A stretch of 64,000 bases of DNA from an uncultured Verrucomicrobiae bacterium (lineage in GTDB: Bacteria > Verrucomicrobiota > Verrucomicrobiia > Chthoniobacterales > UBA10450). The notes below the pieces were generated by a model. That model saw only the letters and a program-made list of their open reading frames with translations. It was not told the DNA's origin and did no database searches. The position numbers and the translations under genes were made by a program. The DNA is taken from contig CAVYXA010000001.1 of assembly GCA_963772365.1 (NCBI GenBank), positions 352,001 to 416,000 on the forward strand, given 5' to 3'. Below are positions 23,338-31,964 of this stretch, one piece after another (the stretch's first letter is position 1; the number at the start of each line of letters is the position of its first letter).

Positions 23338-24781
23338 AACTTCATCCGACGGACGTCCTTCTGCGCCCGGATAATAAGCGCGTAGTCGTGCGCCCCTTTA
23401 TCTCAACCGATCCTGCACGGGTAGAACATATCATCGCCCGCGCTCTTACGCTCAGCGAGTCGGAAACCGACAAACAGCTCGCGTTAGTTCGAGCGGATTT
23501 TGGCGAGAGACATGTCGACCTTGATAAAAGTTGGCTACGGCACTTTGAAAAGGTGCGAGCACAGGTTCCCAACGGTAAAACGATTTCCAAAGCACGCCGG
23601 CTATTCATTGGTGCTCTTTTTTCCGGCGAGTACGCACTCGAATCGACCGCATTATTTAATCCCTCGATTATTCCGCACCCCGACCAGACTGGTTTAAGGC
23701 AGGGTGAACTCCGTTTTATCTTAGCCTCCGCTCGACCGGGGAAGGTCATATCTCATCGATCCAGTTTCGAGCCGGTGTGGTCCGTCGTGATCACTCAGTC
23801 CGGATCGAGAAAACGACGCCTTTCGTAACACTGCCGGAGCTTAATCCCAATCCGGCCTACCATAAACGCACCTTCCTGGACAAACTGAGCGAGATGGGGC
23901 TGGAGAACGATTGGGCCGCGTCAGTCATGGGAAGATTAGGAAAAACTTTTCTGTTTGACGAACTGGTCGAGTCCATTCAACAAGCAGCACCGGACGAGGC
24001 TTCCTCACAAGCGCGTGACGTGCAGCGAACTTTGGAATGCATGCACTGGCTCGCGGAATCCAACTACGAAATTCATTTCAAATCTTCCTCACAAATATCG
24101 GAACGCATTATCTTTCCGGTCTCGTCTAACGAGAGCAATGGGATTGAGGACGCCCGTTTTGTTCGATTTGTCGAAGACGATGGTAGCGTAATCTACTACG
24201 CGACCTACACAGCTTACAACGGCCGAGTCATTCTCCCGCAGCTGATCGAGACCGCGGATTTCCTGCACTTCCGTGTCCTGACCCTTAACGGACAGGCGGT
24301 GCAAAACAAAGGGATGGCGCTCTTTCCCAGACGCATAAACGGGTATTACGCTATGCTTTCGCGACAGGACGATGAGAATCTCTTCCTCGCCTTTTCCGAC
24401 AACCCGCATTTTTGGAGTGACCCAGAGCTACTACTAGACCCTCGCCAGCCGTGGGAGTTCGTAAAGCTGGGCAACTGTGGTTCACCAATTGAAACCGAAG
24501 CTGGCTGGTTGGTTCTCACTCACGGCGTCGGTCCAATGCGGAAGTATTGCATCGGAGCCATCTTGCTTGACCTGCACGATCCCGCCAAAATCATTGGACG
24601 ACTCAAAGAGCCGCTCTTAAGACCGGAAGGCAGTCAAAGGGAAGGCTACGTGCCAAATGTGGTTTATTCCTGTGGTTCCCTCGTCCACAACGGGCAACTG
24701 ATGCTGCCTTATGGCATCAGCGATACAGATTCTGGCATTGTCAGAGTAGAGCTAAATGAGCTTTTGGCTGGCCTTATCTAA
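23334..24781 (+). CDS. GH130-family glycosidase/phosphorylase, one frameshift
   Basis: ALFNPSI, NGIEDARF, NKGMALFP, GNCGSP, EGYVPNVVYSCG. Confidence 0.85.
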
Positions 24782-24912
24782 GAGGAGCGCTCTTCCAAAT
24801 ACCGCTTCTTACTGATCTATTCGTTCCCGCAATCCGCAGTCGTGTCATTCGACTTTAACCGTAAAATCCTCGAAACGGCTTTTGTCGGAAGAAGCTGGAG
24901 TCGAGCCAGTTA

Positions 24913-24987
24913 TGGCTCCAGAGGTAGGATTCGAACCTACGACCAATCGGTTAATCCCGACTGTGTCGGGACTCTAGCACTGAGCTA
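24913..24987 (-). pseudogene. tRNA-Asn pseudo-copy with hairpin substitution
   Basis: 24913-24954 is identical to the tRNA-Asn 3' part; tcccgactgtgtcggga replaces cagccgaccg; D-arm remnant present; 5' acceptor strand absent. Confidence 0.85.
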
Positions 24988-25241
24988 GGTTTATATCTGA
25001 GCAACTCCTTTCGGATTCTACGGGCAGATTTCCATGATTTGATTTCGCGTTCGCGACGCATCGCGCTGGACCTGTCGGGATAATCTTCGACCCAAGCCAA
25101 AGTCCAGGGCCCGTTCTTACGAGTAAATTTGCCCAGGATCCTATCCGTTCGATTGTGGCTTAAGATTCTTTGGGGGACGTCATCGGAATGGCCGATGTAG
25201 AATCTGCCGACTGGATTTTGGAGAATGTATACCGCAAACAT
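24951..25241 (-). CDS. small GIY-YIG nuclease family protein (96 aa)
   Basis: AVYILQ...FYIGHS..V.QR...HN...FT...GPW...A..RE.EIK; starts 8 nt after the tRNA-Asn CCA. Confidence 0.9.
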   Translation of the reverse strand: MFAVYILQNPVGRFYIGHSDDVPQRILSHNRTDRILGKFTRKNGPWTLAWVEDYPDRSSAMRREREIKSWKSARRIRKELLRYKPSSVLESRHSRD

Positions 25242-25249
25242 GAAAAATT

Positions 25250-25324
25250 TGGCTCCAGAGGTAGGATTCGAACCTACGACCAATCGGTTAACAGCCGACC
25301 GCTCTACCACTGAGCTACTCTGGA
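25250..25324 (-). tRNA. tRNA-Asn (GTT)
   Basis: TCCAGAGTAGCTCAGTGGTAGAGCGGTCGGCTGTTAACCGATTGGTCGTAGGTTCGAATCCTACCTCTGGAGCCA. Confidence 0.95.
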
Positions 25325-25377
25325 TCGCTGATTGAGATCGGTCGTATATTTGTCCAGCGTTTCTCTCCAAGCAACTG

Positions 25378-25429
25378 CCAATCGGTTAATCCCGACTGCA
25401 TCGGGACTCTACCACTGAGCTACTCTGGA
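25378..25429 (-). pseudogene. 5' portion of tRNA-Asn with hairpin substitution
   Basis: Acceptor 5' strand, D-arm, TCCCGATGCAGTCGGGA and TTAACCGATTGG; T-arm missing. Confidence 0.85.
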
Positions 25430-25536
25430 TCGTGTTTCGCCCGATGAGCGGGCTGAATCTTGCGCAGAGGAGTGCGCGCAGCAAGTGATTTGGTTGCGGG
25501 GGGCGGATTTGAACCGCCGATCCGGCAGCTGCCGGA

Positions 25537-25800
25537 TTATGAGCGGCGAACCCTAGGAAAACCCGTAATTGCGTAAAAGCCCGCTCCTCTGCCTTGTCGT
25601 TTCAATCGGTTCTCCATCTTCCTAGCGTCGCTCAGCAACATCGGCTCGCTCTGCCAGACCATCTTCCAGGGACCGCGTCCTTTGGTCCAGCGGGATTCGC
25701 CGGAATTGTGTTGGCGCGTTCTTCTTTCAACATCATCGGTAACTCCAACATAAAATCTGCCCGTGTCATTTTGAAGGACGTAGACCCGGTAAGTTACCAA
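25537..25800 (-). CDS. small GIY-YIG nuclease (87 aa, divergent C-terminus)
   Basis: YRVYVLQ...FYVGVT.DV.RR...HN...WTK.RGPW...AR..E..LK. Confidence 0.85.
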   Translation of the reverse strand: MVTYRVYVLQNDTGRFYVGVTDDVERRTRQHNSGESRWTKGRGPWKMVWQSEPMLLSDARKMENRLKRQGRGAGFYAITGFPRVRRS

Positions 25801-25860
25801 AGCGCCAGAAAATTTGGTTGCGGGGGGCGGATTTGAACCGCCGATCCGGCAGCTGCCGGA

Positions 25861-26121
25861 TTATGAGCCATCCCGATGCAGACCTGTCATCGCGTAGAAG
25901 CCCGAGCCTCTCCCTTGCCGCTTCAGCCGGTTCTCCATTTTCCTTGCTTCGCCTAGAGTTATCGGCTCGCTCTGCCAGACCATCTTCCAGGGACCGCGTC
26001 CTTTGGTCCAGCGGGATTCGCCGGAATTGTGTTGGCGCGTTCTTCTTTCAACATCATCGGTAACTCCAACATAAAATCTGCCCGTGTCATTTTGAAGGAC
26101 GTAGACCCGGTAAGTTACCAA
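25861..26121 (-). CDS. small GIY-YIG nuclease (86 aa)
   Basis: Same GIY-YIG motifs; TTG start; array unit. Confidence 0.85.
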   Translation of the reverse strand: MVTYRVYVLQNDTGRFYVGVTDDVERRTRQHNSGESRWTKGRGPWKMVWQSEPITLGEARKMENRLKRQGRGSGFYAMTGLHRDGS

Positions 26122-26181
26122 AGCGCCAGAAAATTTGGTTGCGGGGGGCGGATTTGAACCGCCGATCCGGCAGCTGCCGGA

Positions 26182-26442
26182 TTATGAGCCATCCCGATGC
26201 AGACCTGTCATCGCGTAGAAGCCCGAGCCTCTCCCTTGCCGCTTCAGCCGGTTCTCCATTTTCCTTGCTTCGCCTAGAGTTATCGGCTCGCTCTGCCAGA
26301 CCATCTTCCAGGGACCGCGTCCTTTGGTCCAGCGGGATTCGCCGGAATTGTGTTGGCGCGTTCTTCTTTCAACATCATCGGTAACTCCAACATAAAATCT
26401 GCCCGTGTCATTTTGAAGGACGTAGACCCGGTAAGTTACCAA
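26182..26442 (-). CDS. small GIY-YIG nuclease (86 aa)
   Basis: Identical protein; array unit. Confidence 0.85.
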   Translation of the reverse strand: MVTYRVYVLQNDTGRFYVGVTDDVERRTRQHNSGESRWTKGRGPWKMVWQSEPITLGEARKMENRLKRQGRGSGFYAMTGLHRDGS

Positions 26443-26502
26443 AGCGCCAGAAAATTTGGTTGCGGGGGGCGGATTTGAACCGCCGATCCGGCAGCTGCCG
26501 GA

Positions 26503-26763
26503 TTATGAGCCATCCCGATGCAGACCTGTCATCGCGTAGAAGCCCGAGCCTCTCCCTTGCCGCTTCAGCCGGTTCTCCATTTTCCTTGCTTCGCCTAGAG
26601 TTATCGGCTCGCTCTGCCAGACCATCTTCCAGGGACCGCGTCCTTTGGTCCAGCGGGATTCGCCGGAATTGTGTTGGCGCGTTCTTCTTTCAACATCATC
26701 GGTAACTCCAACATAAAATCTGCCCGTGTCATTTTGAAGGACGTAGACCCGGTAAGTTACCAA
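26503..26763 (-). CDS. small GIY-YIG nuclease (86 aa)
   Basis: Identical protein; array unit. Confidence 0.85.
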   Translation of the reverse strand: MVTYRVYVLQNDTGRFYVGVTDDVERRTRQHNSGESRWTKGRGPWKMVWQSEPITLGEARKMENRLKRQGRGSGFYAMTGLHRDGS

Positions 26764-26823
26764 AGCGCCAGAAAATTTGGTTGCGGGGGGCGGATTTGAA
26801 CCGCCGATCCAGCAGCTGCCGGA

Positions 26824-27084
26824 TTATGAGCCATCCCGATGCAGACCTGTCATCGCGTAGAAGCCCGAGCCTCTCCCTTGCCGCTTCAGCCGGTTCTCCA
26901 TTTTCCTTGCTTCGCCTAGAGTTATCGGCTCGCTCTGCCAGACCATCTTCCAGGGACCGCGTCCTTTGGTCCAGCGGGATTCGCCGGAATTGTGTTGGCG
27001 CGTTCTTCTTTCAACATCATCGGTAACTCCAACATAAAATCTGCCCGTGTCATTTTGAAGGACGTAGACCCGGTAAGTTACCAA
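26824..27084 (-). CDS. small GIY-YIG nuclease (86 aa)
   Basis: Identical protein; starts 14 nt after the tRNA-fMet CCA. Confidence 0.85.
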   Translation of the reverse strand: MVTYRVYVLQNDTGRFYVGVTDDVERRTRQHNSGESRWTKGRGPWKMVWQSEPITLGEARKMENRLKRQGRGSGFYAMTGLHRDGS

Positions 27085-27098
27085 AGCGCCAGAAAATT

Positions 27099-27175
<77 letters not shown>

Positions 27176-27258
27176 GGGTCAAGATTGCAGAATTCACCGC
27201 GAAATCAACCATCCACAGGCTTCGAGATTAGGTTGAGAGATTTTTCTCTTCGCTCAGA

Positions 27259-28185
27259 ATGACAACTATGGGAGATAGAATCCTGGTTGGCACCGCGAGC
27301 TGGTCCGATCCGGGATTTGTTCAGCATTGGTATCCGAAACGGATGCCTGCGGGTGAGCGCCTTGGGTGGTACGCGCAGCATTTCGAGCTGGTCGAAGTGA
27401 ATTCGACGTTCTATTCCGTGCCCGAGCCGCGTTTGGTCGAACGCTGGTGCCGGAGTACTCCGGATCCATTCACTTTCGACGTAAAGCTGCACCAACTGCT
27501 TTCCCGTCACTCCACGGCTTCGAAATTGTTGCCGCCAAACCTGCAGAAATGCGCCGAAATCGATTCAAAAGGAAAAGCAATACTGACGCCTGAACTGGAA
27601 GAGGCAATGATCAACGACTTTTTGCCTTCGCTGTCGATCTTTCGAAGCTCGGGAAAGTTGGGCGCACTTCTTTTGCAGCTCTCCCCCGCGTTTTCTCCAC
27701 GCCAAAACAAGTTGGTCGAACTTGAGTCGATCATTGAGAAGCTGCGCGGTTACGAGCTCGCGATAGAATTTCGCAATCGCAATTGGGCGATCGGAGATCA
27801 ATTAGGATCGACCATTGAATTCCTGCGGGATCGGAACGTGGCCTTTGTGAATGTCGATGCTCCAAAGTCCGACCATTTCACGGTCCTGCCATCCGACCTT
27901 GATGAAGTGACAAACCGCAGCATTGCGTATTTGCGCCTGCATGGCCGCAATGCCCGGGCTTACGTTACGGGCAGGACCGTGGCCGCGCGGTTTAATTATG
28001 ATTACGGCGATGAGGAAATTGGCGAGATCGCCGAGCGAACCAAATGCCTTGCGAAAAATGCGGCAACGGTCCACGTCGTGTTCAATAACAACGCGCTCGA
28101 TTACGCCCCGCGCGCTGCGGCTCGTTTGCGCAAAGCGCTCGGACAGATCGTGCCGACGATCCCGGAAACGGCGGAGTTATTTTGA
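27259..28185 (+). CDS. DUF72 domain protein
   Basis: VGTASWS, VEVNSTFY, EFRN, YLRLHGRN, VFNN. Confidence 0.9.
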   Translation: MTTMGDRILVGTASWSDPGFVQHWYPKRMPAGERLGWYAQHFELVEVNSTFYSVPEPRLVERWCRSTPDPFTFDVKLHQLLSRHSTASKLLPPNLQKCAEIDSKGKAILTPELEEAMINDFLPSLSIFRSSGKLGALLLQLSPAFSPRQNKLVELESIIEKLRGYELAIEFRNRNWAIGDQLGSTIEFLRDRNVAFVNVDAPKSDHFTVLPSDLDEVTNRSIAYLRLHGRNARAYVTGRTVAARFNYDYGDEEIGEIAERTKCLAKNAATVHVVFNNNALDYAPRAAARLRKALGQIVPTIPETAELF

Positions 28186-28256
28186 TCGTTCGAGCGTTTA
28201 AACCGTTAAAGCGCTCAAGCGTCCGTGAAGGACATGTCATTACGAGCCAGCGCAAA

Positions 28257-30254
28257 TTAATTCAAAGGTCGCCGTACCAACTGGCCTTTCTTGGGCGTGC
28301 CGCGCTCGACTCTGCGCCAATGCGATCCGTCATCATCCGATACTTCATAATCATTGTATTCCTGTGGGAAGTCCACGCCGATTTCGTTGTCCTTCGTGAA
28401 TACTCCAGTATGCAGATGACAGCCATTAAGCGCTCCAACGGTCCCGACTTGTTCGCCTTTCTTGATAAGAATCCGCCCGTCCTTGTCGCGGTCCTTGGGC
28501 TGAATATAGGTCATGTTAAATGACGTGAACATGTGGGCGTACGACTCCTCTTCATCACGAGCGTGTTCGATGTAGAGATAATTCGGCTCATCGAAGTCGT
28601 CCTTATCAGGGCCTCCTCTTCCCACGTCGTTGATCTGTGCGACCCACCCCGTTGCCGAGGCATAGACCGGTTCACCGCAGGATTTGGCTGTAGAGTTGGG
28701 ATTGGGCACCTTGTTTTTTGATTCGTCACCTGCCAGAACGAAGTCGATGGCAAATGCCGCGATGCCCCAATGACTGGCACCGGTAGCTTCGTTCATCCCC
28801 TGAACGACCTTCCATGCCTGCCCCGGTTTGAACGGAAGTTGTCTCTTGCTGCGTTGAAACGGCAGGGGCTGCAATTCCCCGTCAGTCTTACTGTCGATGG
28901 GGAAAGACACCAGAGTCAGCCCCGATGCCGCCATGTCTGGAGTGAGAGTTTTGAAAACGATCTTCGAATCCGTCAGAACTTTTGATGGATTTTTCATTTC
29001 ATCGAATATCCACGCCCCGGCGTGCACATTTACGTCATCGCGTCTTAATACGCCTGCGTGGCTTTGTCTCTCTATGATTTCCGATTGATTAAGCGCCTTC
29101 TTTAAGACAACTACGTCATCAATTAAACCATAGAACTGCGCCTCTGAATCGTTAACGCCCTTTCCATCACGCCGACGGCCCAAGCGAAGGCGATTGTCCG
29201 CCGCCGGTAAATCTTTATCTCTAGGATCGATGACGATCGCGGGCTGCATTAGTACACCATTGATAAACAACTTGAACGTGTTCCCCGATCGCACGACGGC
29301 CAGATTCACCCACGTCCCAGAAGCCAGGAGAGGCGAAGCGTAGATTTGCTCCTTTCCACCCACCTTCATCACAATTCGAAAACCAGCGCTTGGGGAGTAC
29401 CGCGCCTGGCCTATTACATAGGTACCGTTTGAACTCTCAGCGACAATCGGACCCGCATAAGCCGCAGCGTACTGTGGCATGAATCGCGCCAGAATTGTGT
29501 GATCGTGGTCAAAGAAGTCTCCGAATCTCAAATTTGTATCGGCATACCCGCGCCAGCCGAAATAGGCTGCTTGATTGAAGCTGAGGCCGCCCCAATTTCC
29601 TCTTATCCGTCGCGGGTACCCTTCGAGAGCTCTGTTGTTTTTGACGTCATAGCGAATGTACTCATCGCCTTTGAAGAAGAAGGCGGTTGTGCTGTTCCAC
29701 AACACTGCGGCGTCTATGTCGCTTGCCCATACTCCCTTGAAGCGATCTGTAATCTTCAGTTTCTTTGGCCTGTGCTTCTCTCGGATGTCGTACTGCATCA
29801 CCTCGTCACCCTTGAAGAAATAGGCAAAGCCGTCGTTCCACATCACGGCTGCGTCGATATCTTTATCCCAAAGTCCGTGCCAGAAAGTAGAGATGTCGGC
29901 GGGATAGCCCTCGTCCGCGCGATCCCTGGCGATGTCGTAGCGAATGTACTGATTACCCTTGAAGAAATAAGCCTTGCCGTTATTCCAGGTTAGTGCGGCG
30001 TCGATCTTGTTCTCCCAGACCCCAGGCCAATTCCCCGCGATGTGCTTCGGGTAATGCTCATCAGCTCGGTCGTTCGCAATATCATACCGAACATATTGAC
30101 CGGTATCGTAAAAGAGATAGGCCTTGCCGTTGGTCCAAACAACCGCATCGGACAGCTTCTGGGCTTTGCATTCGACGTTCCCCAGAACGATCAACACACA
30201 GGTGATTGCCGTTATAATCAACCCGCCACTGAGGTTGAGCACTCTTGATGCCAT
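28257..30254 (-). CDS. secreted hemopexin-repeat + LamG-like + M23 peptidase protein
   Basis: Four DAA..W...AYFFKG..Y.RYD blades; WVNLAVVR...LFING...IDDV (LamG); H....AIDF, YAH and HLH (M23). Confidence 0.75.
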   Translation of the reverse strand: MASRVLNLSGGLIITAITCVLIVLGNVECKAQKLSDAVVWTNGKAYLFYDTGQYVRYDIANDRADEHYPKHIAGNWPGVWENKIDAALTWNNGKAYFFKGNQYIRYDIARDRADEGYPADISTFWHGLWDKDIDAAVMWNDGFAYFFKGDEVMQYDIREKHRPKKLKITDRFKGVWASDIDAAVLWNSTTAFFFKGDEYIRYDVKNNRALEGYPRRIRGNWGGLSFNQAAYFGWRGYADTNLRFGDFFDHDHTILARFMPQYAAAYAGPIVAESSNGTYVIGQARYSPSAGFRIVMKVGGKEQIYASPLLASGTWVNLAVVRSGNTFKLFINGVLMQPAIVIDPRDKDLPAADNRLRLGRRRDGKGVNDSEAQFYGLIDDVVVLKKALNQSEIIERQSHAGVLRRDDVNVHAGAWIFDEMKNPSKVLTDSKIVFKTLTPDMAASGLTLVSFPIDSKTDGELQPLPFQRSKRQLPFKPGQAWKVVQGMNEATGASHWGIAAFAIDFVLAGDESKNKVPNPNSTAKSCGEPVYASATGWVAQINDVGRGGPDKDDFDEPNYLYIEHARDEEESYAHMFTSFNMTYIQPKDRDKDGRILIKKGEQVGTVGALNGCHLHTGVFTKDNEIGVDFPQEYNDYEVSDDDGSHWRRVERGTPKKGQLVRRPLN

Positions 30255-30492
30255 GGCAAATCGAACAAGAGGTTCTACAGACGCGCCTGAATTCGACAGG
30301 CTGCCGATGGGAATCCACATGAACTTGTCCTCCTCGGTTTCAAATGATATTCATCCTGGATTGAAACTGCAATCATGGAAGAGGCCATTGGCGAGTGTCA
30401 ATGCGAAATTGCAGGACGTTTGGGCACAGTGCTTTAACAGCTATCGCAGCGCGGCGACAGACACCTGAGCTGTTTTAGGTTACGCTGCAGCC

Positions 30493-31011
30493 GTGGAGGA
30501 GCCAGCGGCAACGCGAATTTACGAATCACGACTGCCAAAAACACTGGCGCGACTGAAGAAGTGGCTGGTCGCGCATCATATGACCCTGATGACAATCGCC
30601 GATACGCCCCATTCGATCGCACTGGGTTCCGCGATTGGAATTTTCTTCGGATTCACGCCTCTGTGGAGCCTAAAAACCCTGTTATCGATTGGAACCGCGT
30701 GGGTTTGTCGATCTAACAAGATTGCTGCGGCCGTTGCCGTGACCCTGCATGATGTTCTCCTGCCCTTCATGCCGGCGATTTACCTCTGGGAATACAGGAT
30801 GGGCTACCGGATCTTACACGGCGTGCGGGCGCATCGAATTCGGTTCCACCATCTGACAGTGGTTAATTATCTGCATTGGAAGACATTCGTCCGGATCATT
30901 TGGCCAACACTAGCCGGGTCGCTTCTGTTGGCGCTGCCCTCGGCCCTAATCATCTACTGCCTGATCCGACTTCTCGTGAGCCGGGCGCAGACGCCGGAGA
31001 AGGCGCGTTGA
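30493..31011 (+). CDS. DUF2062 membrane protein
   Basis: DTPHSIALGSAIGIFFGFTP...RSNKIAA. Confidence 0.8.
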   Translation: MEEPAATRIYESRLPKTLARLKKWLVAHHMTLMTIADTPHSIALGSAIGIFFGFTPLWSLKTLLSIGTAWVCRSNKIAAAVAVTLHDVLLPFMPAIYLWEYRMGYRILHGVRAHRIRFHHLTVVNYLHWKTFVRIIWPTLAGSLLLALPSALIIYCLIRLLVSRAQTPEKAR

Positions 31012-31197
31012 TCAGGAGTTCGAGAATCACAGATTCCCGTAGCGCACCTGAAGAGTGACAATCTCCCATATTGCCGAGGAACCAGCCCCGGCGGACGGCT
31101 GTTTTTCCCTCGTAAGCGGCACGAGAGTTGCATCAGAGAACGCCCGACTCGTTCCTCGTCTTGAGATAAGAGGCAGGGATGAGCGAGCCAAAAAACT

Positions 31198-31884
31198 ATG
31201 AAATCTTTGATCGTCATCCTCTCCAGCGGCCTTCTATGCGCTTGCGCAGACATGGTCGTGACAAAAACCGACGTAGCTACCCCTGGTGGCGGTGGCGTTG
31301 CAGCTCCTACAGATGCCAAGGATATCGGTTCGACCGGCGTTTACATGACCACAAATTGCGGCGTAGGTGCGACCAACCCACGGGCGATCTATATTCGGCC
31401 GTTTTGCATCGACAACGCGATCTTCAAGGGCGATGAGGCCGATTCGGACGGTGAAATGCCTATTCGCAAGGCGCTCACACCTGTGGAATTTGCGCAGGAT
31501 TTAAAACAAGAACTCGAGCGTATCGCTCCGGCCCGAATTCTGAAGGACAACGAGGCCCCGCGAGTCGGCTGGCTGGTCGATGGTGAATTCAGAATTGTTG
31601 ACGGGGGTAGCCCGATCGCACGCTTCTTCTTCGGAAACGTGGGTGCCGGTTTCTCCTATCTGGCTTTGCACGTCCGAGTGACCGATGTGGAACGCGGTAT
31701 TGTGGTGTATGAATTTGACATGGCCGGCGGCAGCAGATTGCAGGGAAAATTTGGAACCCTGCGGGCGAGCGGTTTGGGCAAGGCCACACATTTCGATCTA
31801 CGTAATGCAGCGGAGCGAGTTTATCTTACGTTGAGCACAAATCCGAATCGGTTCGCCGTCCACTCCTCGCCGGTTCTGCAATAG
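31198..31884 (+). CDS. lipoprotein (DUF4410-like)
   Basis: Lipobox LCAC; GEF..VDGGS..ARFF.G..GAG. Confidence 0.65.
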   Translation: MKSLIVILSSGLLCACADMVVTKTDVATPGGGGVAAPTDAKDIGSTGVYMTTNCGVGATNPRAIYIRPFCIDNAIFKGDEADSDGEMPIRKALTPVEFAQDLKQELERIAPARILKDNEAPRVGWLVDGEFRIVDGGSPIARFFFGNVGAGFSYLALHVRVTDVERGIVVYEFDMAGGSRLQGKFGTLRASGLGKATHFDLRNAAERVYLTLSTNPNRFAVHSSPVLQ

Positions 31885-31964
31885 TTCCTTAAACGGACGG
31901 CATTGCAGCCATTGCACGGCCACAGAGCTCCAGAACCGTTCGTTCCCTTGCCAATCCACTACGG

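Larger units (their letters stand above)
25491..27098 (-). repeat. tandem array of five GIY-YIG / tRNA-fMet-3'-half units (one 324 bp, four 321 bp)
   Basis: Unit boundaries (tggttgcg) at 25491, 25815, 26136, 26457 and 26778, then the true tRNA at 27099. Confidence 0.95.

Noticed and set aside
13382..24781. Programmed frameshifting or phase variation
   Set aside because: The indels are numerous, spread across unrelated genes and not tied to consistent slippery motifs, so sequencing error is the simpler explanation.
25818..27026. Repeated 81-aa plus-strand ORFs (MRGADLNRR...)
   Set aside because: They are antisense shadows of the tRNA remnant and the GIY-YIG gene.
25491..27098. CRISPR array interpretation of the tandem repeats
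   Set aside because: The units are 321-324 bp, near-identical and protein-coding, with no unique spacers and no cas genes in the window.
25491..27098. Five additional functional tRNA-Met genes
   Set aside because: The copies lack the 5' acceptor strand and D-arm, and the anticodon stem is replaced by a palindrome.
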